Shown: positions 48,760-59,922, counted from the stretch's first letter. The stretch: 64,000 nucleotides of DNA from an uncultured Gammaproteobacteria bacterium (GCA_964403585.1 CAYOFQ010000001.1:584630-648629), one strand, 5' to 3'. Notes: generated by a model not told the origin, from the sequence alone. Made by a program: numbers and translations.

Positions 48760-50472
48760 ATGAGAAACCGCTTTATATTGGTATTTCTTTTGCTTTTGCC
48801 GATTCCTTTTTTGTTACCATTTTTTAAGGCCGGCTATTTTGAAACAGACGACGGGTTATGGGCAGTTGTTCGACAGGCCTCCATGCACAGTGAGTTGCGA
48901 CAGGGCCAATTTCCTGTTCGCTGGAGCGGAAATCTGAACTTTGGCTACGGGTATCCGCTGTTTGAATTCTCCTATCCGGGTCCCTACTATATTGGCGAAA
49001 TTTTTCATCTTCTCGGACTCGGCTTTGTTGATAGCGTTAAAGCACTTTTTGTCGTTGGCACGATTGTATCGGTAGTAGCGATGTATTATTTTGCCGTATC
49101 GCTCTGGAAAAATGAAATAGCCGGAATTATTGCGGCAGTACTGTATTTAGCCGAACCGTACCGGTTTGTAAACCTGTATGTTCGTGGGTCGGTCGGCGAG
49201 ACCGTATCTTTTGCTTTATTCCCGATAGTTTGCTTACTTGGCTTGAAGCTATTACAAACGGGGAAACGGCGATACCTGCTCGGCGGCTCGTTAGCTCTGG
49301 CAATGCTTGTTACTATGCATAACGTCATGGCGCTGATTTTCATTCCGTTCTTTGTCTATTTCTTAATTTGTGAAATAGTTATCCGCAACGTCAAAATCAG
49401 TAAATTACTCCATGATTATATCGATGAGTTTAAAAACAAAAAAAACACCTACAAAAAAGATGAATACACTATTTCATTATTTTATAAACATATCTTTCCT
49501 GTCGTAGTTATGTTGGTAGTCGGCGTCGCCCTTTCGGCAACATTCTGGCTTCCTGCTATTACAGAATTAAAATACGTAAAACTTGGAGTAAAACCGTTAA
49601 CATCTATTGACCAGGAATTTAATAAACAGGAGGGATTGCTGCTAACTCCTCTGGATAGCCATCCGGCGGTACCTTCGGCAAAGGAACGGTTTTTTGAGGA
49701 AAACCTTGAATTTGAATATATATTACTCGCCTTTGCCGTTATCGCCGTACTGCTGTTTAATAAAAACAAATACGAAATGGCGCTCCAGCGTATCCTGTTG
49801 CTTTCGGTGCCGTTGCTTGTCGGGCTGATTTTGCTGACACCGGTATCGGCTGTAATCTGGAAAACGCTGCCTGGATTAAAATCAATCGACTTCCCGTGGC
49901 GTGTCCTGGCACTGTTAAGCTTTATTTCACCTGTAATAATCGCCGGAGTCGGGCTTATTCCTAAAGTAAAATATTACGCTGTCGGTATAGCGGTGTTCTC
50001 ATTATTTTTGCTCGGGCCATTACTTACGCCCAACAACTACACTCACTATCCGGAAGAGTATTATTCCACAAATCAAGCTACTACTACATCGGCCAATGAA
50101 TATGTTTCACGCTGGATGACCACTATTCCGACTCGACAGGCAGAGAACGATCCCCGTTATCAAACACTCTTAAGTGCCAGTACACATAAGCGCTATGAGT
50201 ATTCTGCCAGTACCTCGGCTGAAATCACCTTTCCAATAATGTACTTCCCGGGATGGCAACTATATATCAACGGCGAGAATAAAGACTACGAATATAAAGA
50301 TTCCAATGGGCTCATTAAAACAACAATTCCGGAAGGAACCCATACTATCGACGTCGTCTTCACCCGAAGTGCCATGCGAACACTGGGAGACCTTATTTCT
50401 TTAGGTAGTATTTTCGCGATTGGTGTATTATTCGCCATTGAGTATGCACGAGGTAAGAAATTTTTATTATGA
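48760..50472 (+). CDS. polytopic membrane protein, putative GT-C-like glycosyltransferase (tandem paralog 1)
   Basis: Leaderless-type start (TATAAT-N6-ATG). Shared motifs GQFPVRW...GYGYPLF.Y..P.PYY.G and LY..APY....LYVRGSVGE with the next gene. About fourteen TM segments. Confidence 0.5.
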   Translation: MRNRFILVFLLLLPIPFLLPFFKAGYFETDDGLWAVVRQASMHSELRQGQFPVRWSGNLNFGYGYPLFEFSYPGPYYIGEIFHLLGLGFVDSVKALFVVGTIVSVVAMYYFAVSLWKNEIAGIIAAVLYLAEPYRFVNLYVRGSVGETVSFALFPIVCLLGLKLLQTGKRRYLLGGSLALAMLVTMHNVMALIFIPFFVYFLICEIVIRNVKISKLLHDYIDEFKNKKNTYKKDEYTISLFYKHIFPVVVMLVVGVALSATFWLPAITELKYVKLGVKPLTSIDQEFNKQEGLLLTPLDSHPAVPSAKERFFEENLEFEYILLAFAVIAVLLFNKNKYEMALQRILLLSVPLLVGLILLTPVSAVIWKTLPGLKSIDFPWRVLALLSFISPVIIAGVGLIPKVKYYAVGIAVFSLFLLGPLLTPNNYTHYPEEYYSTNQATTTSANEYVSRWMTTIPTRQAENDPRYQTLLSASTHKRYEYSASTSAEITFPIMYFPGWQLYINGENKDYEYKDSNGLIKTTIPEGTHTIDVVFTRSAMRTLGDLISLGSIFAIGVLFAIEYARGKKFLL

Positions 50473-52208
50473 AACACCTTCCCTATATCTTCATTATTCT
50501 GGTTTCGGCAATTGCCTTACGGGCACTTTTTACTACTGAGTACCTGCCGCTTATGCATGATCAGGTGCAGGCAGAACGCGTCTATGAGATGGCTAAATCA
50601 CTTTCCTTTGGGCAGTTTCCGGTGCGCTGGGTTGCCGACTTGGGGTACGGCTATGGCTATCCGCTGTTTAATTATTATGCCCCGCTACCGTACTATCTCG
50701 GAGCAGTTATTTTTCTCCTGGGAATTAATCTAATCCTGGCAACAAAAGTTACTATTGCGCTCGCCTTCATTGCTGCGGGTTTATCCATGTATCTGTGGGC
50801 AGGGAAGTATTGGCGCCGTAGTGGAGGAGTAGTAAGTGCCGTCCTTTATCTGCTCGCGCCGTATCATGGAGTCCAACTGTATGTTCGTGGATCGGTCGGA
50901 GAGCTTTTTACGTACGCCTTACTACCACTGGTCTTGTATGGGCTAAGCGAACTGTGGGAGGCCCAGCCTAACCGGAAAAAAGCACTTCTCGGAGTGGCTG
51001 CCTTATGGGGCATTGCCGTAGGTCATACCGTCGGCCTGTTTATGACAACGACTTTGTTAGGGATGTACCTGTTCCTCGGAGCCTTATGGATATTCCTGAA
51101 AAACCGTGCTTTTCTTCCGGCGTGGGTCAGGCATCATGTGCTCTTTTTTACACTGAGTCTTACTTTAAGTGCCTTCTTTTGGGTGCCGGCTTTGTTTGAG
51201 CTGAGCTATACCAATTTTTCACTGGCCTCAGGTAATGATGTAAATTATCGTGATCACTTTGTCACTCTCGGCCAACTCTGGCAATCCGGTTGGGGTTTTG
51301 GTGGGTCGACCAGGGGAAGTGAAGCTGATGGATTAAGTTTTATGATTGGAAAAGTGACCATAATGCTCGCTCTGGGAGCACTGATTTCACTTTTTGCTAC
51401 TAAACAGTCTCGCAAGCCGCCTGCCTATCTGCTTGGAGCAGCAGCTGCCCTGGCCGGTGTAAGTATATTTTTAATGACTGAAAGCTCACGTTTTATCTGG
51501 GAATTAATTCCCAACCAGAGCATCGTTCAGTTCCCGTGGAGATATCTGATCTTCGCAAATTTGGCCCTGACTTTTATGGCCGGTTATTCGGTGTCGTTGC
51601 TGCGTGGTGTGACCAGGGGCACAACGTTTCGTGCCCTCATCGGTATCACAATACTGGCACTTACCGTATATATACTGTTTTCGCTTACCCAATTTCCCAA
51701 GACCAAGTATTTTGAAGCGAACGGGTATTATCGTTTTAATTCCACTGCTCTGCAAAGCCAAAATCATCTGCGATTCGCTGCTTCTAAAATATCCGATGAA
51801 TATATGCCCAACGGTGTCTCGCGCCCACAGTCCCAAGAGGAGGTCTCAACCGATGCGGTGAGCTGTCTATCACTTTGTTTAGTGAAGGATGTGTCGTTTG
51901 AACCTGACAAATATAGCTTTACGATCCTGAATGAAAAGGTAGCTCCGGTATATCTTGATAAACGCTACTTCCCAAATTTCACTGTTACCGTCGACGGTAA
52001 GGAGGCCAAAGTTCTGACCGGTGTTGACAATATGTTGGGGGTAACCGTGCCAGGCGGGAGGCACAGCGTCGAGTTTTCGCTTCGGAATACACCGTTGCGC
52101 CAGGCGGCTAATGTAGTAAGTCTGCTCGCTTTTTGTGCTTTAATACTGTATCCTTTCAGAAGAAAGTTATGGAACCTGAAACAGAAACTGAAGTCATCGA
52201 AGATATAA
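50469..52208 (+). CDS. polytopic membrane protein, putative GT-C-like glycosyltransferase (tandem paralog 2)
   Basis: Same motifs as 48760..50472. Start overlaps the upstream stop (ATGA). Confidence 0.5.
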   Translation: MKHLPYIFIILVSAIALRALFTTEYLPLMHDQVQAERVYEMAKSLSFGQFPVRWVADLGYGYGYPLFNYYAPLPYYLGAVIFLLGINLILATKVTIALAFIAAGLSMYLWAGKYWRRSGGVVSAVLYLLAPYHGVQLYVRGSVGELFTYALLPLVLYGLSELWEAQPNRKKALLGVAALWGIAVGHTVGLFMTTTLLGMYLFLGALWIFLKNRAFLPAWVRHHVLFFTLSLTLSAFFWVPALFELSYTNFSLASGNDVNYRDHFVTLGQLWQSGWGFGGSTRGSEADGLSFMIGKVTIMLALGALISLFATKQSRKPPAYLLGAAAALAGVSIFLMTESSRFIWELIPNQSIVQFPWRYLIFANLALTFMAGYSVSLLRGVTRGTTFRALIGITILALTVYILFSLTQFPKTKYFEANGYYRFNSTALQSQNHLRFAASKISDEYMPNGVSRPQSQEEVSTDAVSCLSLCLVKDVSFEPDKYSFTILNEKVAPVYLDKRYFPNFTVTVDGKEAKVLTGVDNMLGVTVPGGRHSVEFSLRNTPLRQAANVVSLLAFCALILYPFRRKLWNLKQKLKSSKI

Positions 52209-53671
52209 ATATCGAACAAATCAAAAAACGTTCCATCAGGGGCGTATTTTCTTTGGTTGGTCGGCGGATCGTGTTGCGTGTACTCGGCCAGATTGCGTTC
52301 ATTATTCTGGCACGTATCTTGTCTCCGGAAGATATCGGCATTTTTACGATTGTTTCCTTTGTGGTCAACTTTTTTGGATTTTTCTCGGATATCGGGCTTG
52401 CTGCTGCACTTATTCAAAAGAAAGGGGAGCTTACCAAAGAAGATCTTCGGACGACATTTACCGTACAGCAGGTGCTGGTAGGAACACTGGTTGTTATAAC
52501 AATAGCACTAGCTCCTTTTCTGGTGCATACGTTTTATAAAAACTCACTCAATGAGTCGCATGTGATCCTGATCCAGGTGTTAGCCTTTTCACTGCTACTT
52601 GCTTCGCTTAAGAGCGTACCGTCGGTTATTCTGGAACGCAAATTGGAGTTCAATAAACTCATCTTTCCGGAGATAGTCGAAACGCTGGTCTATAATATTT
52701 TATTAATTCTGATGGCCTGGTGGGGGTATGGGGTGTGGAGTTTTATTATCGCCGTTTTAACACGAGGAATTGTCGGCACGGTCATTATGTATGCGATCGC
52801 TCCCTGGCCGGTCGGGTTCAGATTACATAAGCAGGCCTTCAAGCAGCTCTACGGATTTGGTGTGCCGTACCAATTAAACAGCCTTATCGCCCTGGTTAAA
52901 GACAACATTATCCCCACGTTCGTTGCCGCGACACTTGGTACTAACGCGGTTGGCATCATTGGTGTCGGTCAAAAATATGCATTTCTGCCACTGGAGATCA
53001 TGGGTGACATTATTCGGGTAACGTTTCCTACCTATGCCAGATTACAGGAACATCCCGAATTGCTAAAAAAAGCACTCGAAAAGTCACTGTATTTTCTGGC
53101 TTTGATTGCGTATCCGGCGTTATTCGGCCTGATTGCCTTAATACCCTGGATCGCCGAGTATATTCTTTCACCTCGTTCAAACCCGCAAAAATGGGTACCG
53201 ATATTACCGCTATTTTACCTCTTTACCTTTAGTACTTTCTGGGCGATCTTATCGACTACGTTTACGAATGCCTTATTTGCCATCGGTAAGGCGAAGATAG
53301 TTTTAAATTTTATGATTCTCTGGACAATTTTAACCTGGACCCTGACTCCGGTCTGTACCTGGTTATATGGGGTTAACGGTGTTGGAGTCGCCAGCGCCCT
53401 GATCTCATTCACTTCAATTGGTGTTATTGTCATTATGAAACGGCATGTTGACGTTGAAATAATTAAAACGATTGGCCCGCAGCTGGCTATGTCGATACTT
53501 ATGGCCGTTGTACTACGGTTACTCGCCGATTCATTGGTCACTAATATTTACTGGCTCTTTGTGCATATCGCCATTGGTGGTTTACTATATGCAGGCGGCA
53601 TGTATCTTGTCAGCGGGAAGCGCCTGCTTCACGAAGTTACGTATATTGTGAAATCATACCGTAAAAAGTGA
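52169..53671 (+). CDS. Wzx-type polysaccharide flippase (MOP superfamily)
   Basis: About fourteen TM segments. N-terminal ...IILARILSPEDIGIFTIV resembles the Polysacc_synt family. Start at the internal ATG (MEPETETE); overlaps upstream gene by about 40 nt. Confidence 0.7.
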   Translation: MEPETETEVIEDINIEQIKKRSIRGVFSLVGRRIVLRVLGQIAFIILARILSPEDIGIFTIVSFVVNFFGFFSDIGLAAALIQKKGELTKEDLRTTFTVQQVLVGTLVVITIALAPFLVHTFYKNSLNESHVILIQVLAFSLLLASLKSVPSVILERKLEFNKLIFPEIVETLVYNILLILMAWWGYGVWSFIIAVLTRGIVGTVIMYAIAPWPVGFRLHKQAFKQLYGFGVPYQLNSLIALVKDNIIPTFVAATLGTNAVGIIGVGQKYAFLPLEIMGDIIRVTFPTYARLQEHPELLKKALEKSLYFLALIAYPALFGLIALIPWIAEYILSPRSNPQKWVPILPLFYLFTFSTFWAILSTTFTNALFAIGKAKIVLNFMILWTILTWTLTPVCTWLYGVNGVGVASALISFTSIGVIVIMKRHVDVEIIKTIGPQLAMSILMAVVLRLLADSLVTNIYWLFVHIAIGGLLYAGGMYLVSGKRLLHEVTYIVKSYRKK

Positions 53672-53692
53672 GCAATTTGATACAATACACCT

Positions 53693-54613
53693 ATGGCAAA
53701 TATCTCAACCGTAATAAATACGCTCAATAGCGCAGAAACCCTTGAAACCTGCCTCAAAAGCGTGAAAGAACTGGGGCCGATCATCATTGTCGATATGTAT
53801 TCGGACGACAATACCCTCGAAATCGCGCGTAAATACACCGATAAGATTTATATGCATGAACGGGTGGGGTATGTTGAACCTGCCCGGAATTTTGCCATTG
53901 CCAAGGCCGAAAGTGACTGGGTATTGGTACTCGACAGCGACGAGGAACTCACGCAAAGTTTAGCTCAGACGCTCGGCAGAATTGCTGAAGATGAGTATGA
54001 TGACGCTCCTAAAAATTGTACCCACTATTTTATTCCCCGCAAAACGATGATTTTTGGTCAATGGATGGAACATACCGGCTGGTGGCCGGATGAAAAGTTG
54101 CGGTTCTTTAAAAAGGGTACGGTTCAATGGCGGCCGGAAATTCACTCCGAACTTGATGCGGTAGGCGAAGGGTTCCACTTTCCCGCCGACGAAAAGTTCG
54201 CCATTATTCACTATCACTACCAGACAGTTTCGCAGTGGATTCAGCGCATGGACCGCTATACAACCATTCAAGCGAAGGAAAAAATTACTGCAGGATATGA
54301 GTTTGACTGGAAAGACCTCATCAGGAAACCGTTATCAGAATTCTTACGCCGTTTCTTTGTCTGGGAAGGATGGAAAGACGGGGTAGTTGCATTGGGAATT
54401 TGTTTCATGCAGGCACTCTCGGAGGCCATAGTCTATATGAAAGTACGGGAAATACAATTCAAAGAAAAGCAACTCTATACCGGAAAGGACGCTCAGTTCG
54501 TGCAGGATGTCAGCGATGAATTTGACAAAGCCGAGCAGGAACTCGGGTTCTATTTGGAAAAATTGGGCCTGCAAAGTCAGTTAAAGCGTTGGTTACAAAA
54601 AGTACTTCCATAA
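53693..54613 (+). CDS. GT2 glycosyltransferase
   Basis: IIIVDMYSDDNT...VLDSDEE GT-A fold motifs. Confidence 0.8.
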   Translation: MANISTVINTLNSAETLETCLKSVKELGPIIIVDMYSDDNTLEIARKYTDKIYMHERVGYVEPARNFAIAKAESDWVLVLDSDEELTQSLAQTLGRIAEDEYDDAPKNCTHYFIPRKTMIFGQWMEHTGWWPDEKLRFFKKGTVQWRPEIHSELDAVGEGFHFPADEKFAIIHYHYQTVSQWIQRMDRYTTIQAKEKITAGYEFDWKDLIRKPLSEFLRRFFVWEGWKDGVVALGICFMQALSEAIVYMKVREIQFKEKQLYTGKDAQFVQDVSDEFDKAEQELGFYLEKLGLQSQLKRWLQKVLP

Positions 54614-54626
54614 ACCTATTATTTTT

Positions 54627-55580
54627 TTGATACACTGTGGCCAGAATATGCTCCTTTATACCATTATCCTGAACTATAAAACGAAAGACGAAACGCTTGC
54701 CTGTATCCGTTCAATTGAAGATTGTATCGTACCTGCAGGAGTAACACTCAAATTAATTGTTGTCGACAACGCCTCGAGTGACGGCATCGAAAGAGCTATT
54801 TCCACCGAACACCCTGAAATCCAGTTTATACAAACAGGTGCCAATCTGGGCTACACGGGCGGTAACAATACCGGTATCCGGTGGGTCCTGGAAAATGGTG
54901 AACCGGATAGCTATATCATGATAATCAATAATGATACCGTCTTCACAAAAAACTTTTTGGTGGAGATGATGAGTTCAGCCAAACGACACCCCAAGGCCGG
55001 GATTATTTCACCGAAAATTTATTTTACCAGAGAGTCATGGCCAAAGACTATTTTAGACGAAAATCGCCAGCCTGCTAACGCCACGGAAAACGATAATATT
55101 ATCTGGTATGCGGGTGGTAAACTCGACTGGGACAATATCATCGGGAGTGGAGTTGGAGTTGACGAAATTGACCGCGGCCAGCACGACCAGGAGAAACAAC
55201 TGGACACCGCTACCGGTTGCTGTATGCTTATTCCGTTCTTTGTTATGAAGCGTATGAAAGGGTTTGATGATCGCTATTTTATGTATTATGAAGACGTCGA
55301 CTTCAGTGTCCGCGTTAAGAGACTCGGCTATGAAATATGGTTTACCCCAAAAGCAGTAATGTGGCACGAAAACTCCGGTTCATCGGGATCAGGCTCTAAA
55401 TTGCACGAGTATTTTCAAATGCGCAACCGCCTTCTGTTTGCCTTTAAATACGCCAGATTACGAACAAAACTAGCCGTTCTGCGTGAGGGGGTACGCATGC
55501 GTTCTAATCCTCCACGCTGGCAGGGTGTTAAAGACTTTTTAAGTTTTCATTTTGGCAAAGGAACTTTTGAAATAAAATAG
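54627..55580 (+). CDS. GT2 glycosyltransferase (rhamnosyl/galactosyl-transferase-like)
   Basis: YTIILNYKTKDET...IVVDNASSDG...NNDT motifs. The true start is possibly the internal Met at about 54648. Confidence 0.8.
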   Translation: MIHCGQNMLLYTIILNYKTKDETLACIRSIEDCIVPAGVTLKLIVVDNASSDGIERAISTEHPEIQFIQTGANLGYTGGNNTGIRWVLENGEPDSYIMIINNDTVFTKNFLVEMMSSAKRHPKAGIISPKIYFTRESWPKTILDENRQPANATENDNIIWYAGGKLDWDNIIGSGVGVDEIDRGQHDQEKQLDTATGCCMLIPFFVMKRMKGFDDRYFMYYEDVDFSVRVKRLGYEIWFTPKAVMWHENSGSSGSGSKLHEYFQMRNRLLFAFKYARLRTKLAVLREGVRMRSNPPRWQGVKDFLSFHFGKGTFEIK

Positions 55581-55595
55581 TATAATAGCAGTACT

Positions 55596-56387
55596 ATGAT
55601 CAGTGCCATAATAATAACCAAAAACGAAGAGAAAATGATTCAGGCCTGCATTAACTCGGTTAGGCAAGTCGCTGAAGAGATTATTGTTGTCGACAATGGT
55701 TCTAACGATCGTACGGTTGAAATTGCCATGCTAAATAATGCCAAGGTCTTGTTCTCTAACGACTCGAGTTTTGGCGTTCGCCGAACCCTCGGGCTCCAGT
55801 CAGCTACCGGAGAATGGGTACTGTATATTGATGCCGATGAGCGCGTAACAAAAGAGCTTGCCGGGGAAATTCAGGCAGTGGTTACCGGCCAGGTCGCGAA
55901 AGTGTACGACGGATATATTCTCAATCGGGTTGATTATTATTTTGGTGTTAAGCGACCGTTGTTTAGTCCAATGCACCGCTTTTTTAAGCGCAGCGCGCTG
56001 AAAGGTTGGCAGGGCGGATTGCACGAAACACCCCAGTTGGAAGGGCTTGTCTCAACGCTACAAAATCACTTACTGCACTTTACCCATATTGATCTCAACT
56101 CAATGTTGGTAAATACCATCGCCTGGTCCGACCAGGAGGCCCAACTGCGCTTCAATGCCGGACATCCGCCCGTTGTCTGGTGGCGACTAATCCGGGTATT
56201 TGTAACCGGTTTTTGGAATTCATTTGTAACGCAGCAGGGCTATAAATGCGGTACTGCAGGCTGGATCGAAGGTCTGTATCAGGGGTTTTCGTTATTTATT
56301 ACCTACGCTAAACTTTGGGAACTGCAAAATAAGCAGGAGATCTCAAACTCATACCAGTCGCTGGATCAGGAGTTTCAAGATAAGTAA
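55596..56387 (+). CDS. GT2 glycosyltransferase (WaaE/KdtX-like)
   Basis: ISAIIITKNEE...IIVVDNGSNDRT...DADE motifs. Confidence 0.8.
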   Translation: MISAIIITKNEEKMIQACINSVRQVAEEIIVVDNGSNDRTVEIAMLNNAKVLFSNDSSFGVRRTLGLQSATGEWVLYIDADERVTKELAGEIQAVVTGQVAKVYDGYILNRVDYYFGVKRPLFSPMHRFFKRSALKGWQGGLHETPQLEGLVSTLQNHLLHFTHIDLNSMLVNTIAWSDQEAQLRFNAGHPPVVWWRLIRVFVTGFWNSFVTQQGYKCGTAGWIEGLYQGFSLFITYAKLWELQNKQEISNSYQSLDQEFQDK

Positions 56388-56389
56388 TA

Positions 56390-58045
56390 TTAACGTCTGA
56401 ATGCTGAAAACAACCGATCGACGATACTTTTCTCCGGTGGTAACTTAAATGAAACCAGATTCTCACCTTCACTCACCGTAATTTTTTCAGTAACCTGGTC
56501 ACGATTTGGCGCTTGCAGGGTAACAAGAATAGACTGATTCGGTACAAATACTTTACTGGTATACGTACCGATGATACCGGTTTTCGAAATGATTGCATTT
56601 TCAACTGCATCGATATCCTTTAACGAGCGAAATGTTACCGTAACACCGGAAATGGAATTAGTCTGTGAATCTGTTTTTACCGTAAGTTTGGGCGGTTGAA
56701 AAATACGGATCGGTATGTATAATTTTTCGCCGAACGGAGTTTCGTTCTGTTTCATCTGCAAGCTTAACGGCGCTTTGGTCAGAATATTTTCAGTATAGAG
56801 CGTGAATCGAAAATTAAATGACTGCCCGGGAGTTACTTTAATGTTCTCAGGCAATGCAAAATTATCTCGAATGATCAGCTTGGTCGGATCGCTGGAATCC
56901 AGAGTAAAACTGTCGTTGGCCGTCCATACAGTGTTACCGGTATTTTTAAAGGCGATGTTGGCAATTACTTCGTTGCTTTGAGCAATTTGTCCGGGAATCG
57001 AAACAGTCGTGACGATAGCCTTATTTTCTCTGGCCGGTTTTCCGGGAATTTTTTGCATGTCTTTAATCGCGGTGTAAAAAGCAGTTTCACTGTCATCCTG
57101 ACGCAACCATGAGAAGTGCGAAAAAAGTGACTGTTTGGAAGTCAGCAAAAACGGCGTGACCGCCACCACCGAAGCATCGGGTAACCATACCCGTTGATAG
57201 GCTTCTTCCATATAGGTCGCGGCAGTTTGCTCATCAACACGAATGGAAGGATGCTCGGCATTCCGTACAATCCAACCGGTTTCCGTTATGTATACGGGTA
57301 AACTTTTTTGTACCCGGTACCGCGATCGCAATAACTCCAGCTCCCACTTGTAATTGGCAATTGTGCCTCGACCGGTATCACCAGGCTTCCCGGCAAAACC
57401 CGGGTTCGGATAGGAATGAGAGGACCAGGCATCCAGTTTACCGAAAATTCCGGGCACTGCCTTCTCCATCGCGTCCATATACGCCACCTGATCCATGTAC
57501 GCAGGCAATTTCTGGGGAGCCGACGAATCGAACCCCGGGTTCATAATCACATAATCAGGCGAACTTGCCCGAAGTGCCGTCATAGTTTCATCGAGATATC
57601 TGGCAACTTCAGCAGGATCAACAGAATTTCCCCATTCGGTGGCATGATTCGGCTCATTATAGATAATCACATGCCTTTTTTGGATCGGCCAGTACAGTTT
57701 ATTAAAAAAATCAGCCCAGTCTTTCGGATCATCTTTGCTGGGTTTTCGCCAACTGTCTCCGTCGGGGAAGGTTGCTATCCGGATGATCGGAATCAGATGT
57801 TTTTCATTCAAGGCATTAAATTTATCCTGCCACTTTTGTACCTCACGGTCATTTGAGTTAATCGTGAGAGTAATATACCCCCAGTCTCCACCGTTTGAGT
57901 TCACGAGTTGGGCTGCTTTTTCCGCTTCATGAATATCCGTGATGTGAATTCCGAACTTGTTATTTTCCGAAGCCGCATATATTGAACTCGGATAAAATCC
58001 GACCAGTAAGGCAAAACAAAGCACCCGGACCACTAATTTCTTCAT
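56390..58045 (-). CDS. secreted glycoside hydrolase, clan GH-A TIM barrel (GH5-like) with C-terminal beta-sandwich domains
   Basis: Signal peptide. NEPNH (acid/base) and YITETGW (nucleophile) motifs about 110 aa apart. C-terminal CARDB/Big-like region. Confidence 0.6.
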   Translation of the reverse strand: MKKLVVRVLCFALLVGFYPSSIYAASENNKFGIHITDIHEAEKAAQLVNSNGGDWGYITLTINSNDREVQKWQDKFNALNEKHLIPIIRIATFPDGDSWRKPSKDDPKDWADFFNKLYWPIQKRHVIIYNEPNHATEWGNSVDPAEVARYLDETMTALRASSPDYVIMNPGFDSSAPQKLPAYMDQVAYMDAMEKAVPGIFGKLDAWSSHSYPNPGFAGKPGDTGRGTIANYKWELELLRSRYRVQKSLPVYITETGWIVRNAEHPSIRVDEQTAATYMEEAYQRVWLPDASVVAVTPFLLTSKQSLFSHFSWLRQDDSETAFYTAIKDMQKIPGKPARENKAIVTTVSIPGQIAQSNEVIANIAFKNTGNTVWTANDSFTLDSSDPTKLIIRDNFALPENIKVTPGQSFNFRFTLYTENILTKAPLSLQMKQNETPFGEKLYIPIRIFQPPKLTVKTDSQTNSISGVTVTFRSLKDIDAVENAIISKTGIIGTYTSKVFVPNQSILVTLQAPNRDQVTEKITVSEGENLVSFKLPPEKSIVDRLFSAFRR

Positions 58046-58081
58046 ATAAATAGTATACCAGAACAGCGCAAAGTCCTAACC

Positions 58082-58612
58082 TCAAACCGTTCTTGAGGAG
58101 ATTTGCTTCCTGCGCAGCAGCTCAAAGGCAGCAATTCCGGCACTGACACTGACATTTAATGATTTTCCTTTACCAAACATCGGAAATTCGATAATCAGGT
58201 CGGCCGATTGGAGAAAATACTGTCCTACACCTTCGATCTCATTGCCGAGTACCAGACAATAGGGGGTTGGAATGGTAAAAGTATCGGTCAGCAGATTGAG
58301 GGCAGAAGTATGTTGTTCAATACAAATAATGGCATAACCGTTATTTTTCAGCCAGGCGACTGCCTCCTCGGCAGTTGCAAAGTACCAGAACGGGAGGTCG
58401 ATGCCGGACAATGCCGTCTTCTTGAGCAACTGATGATTTTTTTGACGTAAATACGGTCGGCGGGCATCGGATTCTCCCTGGTCGGGATAACTGGAAATAC
58501 CAACACACACCACGCCTGCACCGCCCAGGCCGTCGGCGGTCCGGAAAAGCGAACCCACATTTTCAATACTGCGAATATTGTCTGCAACAAAGAGAAATCC
58601 TGAAGTATTCAT
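58082..58612 (-). CDS. SpoU/TrmH-family RNA 2'-O-methyltransferase
   Basis: SPOUT motifs ...ENVGSLFRTADGLG... and ...LVLGNEIEGV...GKGKSLNVSVSAGIA. Confidence 0.8.
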   Translation of the reverse strand: MNTSGFLFVADNIRSIENVGSLFRTADGLGGAGVVCVGISSYPDQGESDARRPYLRQKNHQLLKKTALSGIDLPFWYFATAEEAVAWLKNNGYAIICIEQHTSALNLLTDTFTIPTPYCLVLGNEIEGVGQYFLQSADLIIEFPMFGKGKSLNVSVSAGIAAFELLRRKQISSRTV

Positions 58613-58633
58613 GAAGTATAGTATACCGCAAAC

Positions 58634-58942
58634 TTATTGTGAGAGCTCAGTTTGCATCTGATTACCTGCGGAATCTACTCCCGAGAGGTCGGTATTATCA
58701 AGGTCCTGTTGAAGAGAATCAACGTCGGTTCCCGAGGATAGCGGCACATCTTCATTGGCTTTACTTTCCTCCGGTTGCGACATACTTACCGGTGTTGCGG
58801 TAGGCTGCGATGGTGCTGCCGGCTTGGATGAGCAGGCCGCTCCGACAAAAATAAAACCTACTAAGAAAGAAAGAAATCCAATTCGTAAGAACATACTACC
58901 ACTGTACTGCCGGATTGCCGGGCATGTCAATAGTATTTTCAA
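58634..58942 (-). CDS. small membrane-anchored acidic protein
   Basis: N-terminal TM. Start overlaps the upstream gene's stop by 4 nt. Confidence 0.4.
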   Translation of the reverse strand: MKILLTCPAIRQYSGSMFLRIGFLSFLVGFIFVGAACSSKPAAPSQPTATPVSMSQPEESKANEDVPLSSGTDVDSLQQDLDNTDLSGVDSAGNQMQTELSQ

Positions 58943-59922
58943 AACCTGAAGCCGAATATTTTTAACTTTTTATCGTCAAAGAACTTTTCCAGGTATTCAG
59001 GGCGTATTGCCGGGTTGGCTTTTTGTGTTCGTTGAGAACGCAAGCGGATAATTGTCCCACAATGAGTCAGCAGCCACCACCATGTTCTTACTGCCGCAGC
59101 AAAATAACCCTGTTTGGTCTGGTAAAAGAAAGTATGGACAAAAACCAGTAAGAACTTAAACAAGCTTAATCGCCGGAAAAATAGGGGAACCGGAGTATTA
59201 ATAAGGTAGTTCAGAACAAAGTTCCGATACAGTAGATATTCTAAAAAAGCTTTCGACCTCCGGCTTGAGGCTTTTTGAATATGATACACAACTGCTGAAG
59301 GTTGGTACCATACGGTGAACCCCGCCCGTTGCGCCCGGTACGAAAGATCCATGTCTTCAAAATACATAAAAAAGGTTTCTTCAAAGAGGCCAATTGCATC
59401 AAATACCGCGCGTTTATATATGGATGCTCCGCCGGTGCCGCTAAAAATAAACTTTCCAATATTCCACTCCGGCCCGTCTTTACACCCGCCACCAATTGCG
59501 TATCCTTGCCCGACAATGTTTAGGACATCACCCGCTGAGTCGATTCTATCTCTTTCGTAGAAGTTAAGTAATTTGCTTGCCACAATTCCAATCGAATCCG
59601 AACGGGAGAATCCGACCAGCAGTTCGTCCAGCCAGTTAGGTTCTACCTCGGTATCGTTATTGAGGAGGGCGATATAGTCTCCTTTACTGGACTGAATCCC
59701 GACATTAACAGCATGGGCAAACCCGGTATTTGTACTCAAGGGAACAATAATTGCACCGGGATAATTTTCTGTAATAAATTGTAACGAGTCATCCGCCGAT
59801 CCATTATCAACAATGATAATTTCGTACCGGGGATACGTCAGCTTCTGTAATGAAGCAAGGCAGTGTTCGAGTAATTCTCTGCCGTTCCAGTTAGGTATAA
59901 CAATGCTTATTAATGGCTTCAT
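58939..59922 (-). CDS. GT2 glycosyltransferase
   Basis: ISIVIPNWNG...IIIVDNGSADDS...NNDTE motifs. Confidence 0.8.
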   Translation of the reverse strand: MKPLISIVIPNWNGRELLEHCLASLQKLTYPRYEIIIVDNGSADDSLQFITENYPGAIIVPLSTNTGFAHAVNVGIQSSKGDYIALLNNDTEVEPNWLDELLVGFSRSDSIGIVASKLLNFYERDRIDSAGDVLNIVGQGYAIGGGCKDGPEWNIGKFIFSGTGGASIYKRAVFDAIGLFEETFFMYFEDMDLSYRAQRAGFTVWYQPSAVVYHIQKASSRRSKAFLEYLLYRNFVLNYLINTPVPLFFRRLSLFKFLLVFVHTFFYQTKQGYFAAAVRTWWWLLTHCGTIIRLRSQRTQKANPAIRPEYLEKFFDDKKLKIFGFRF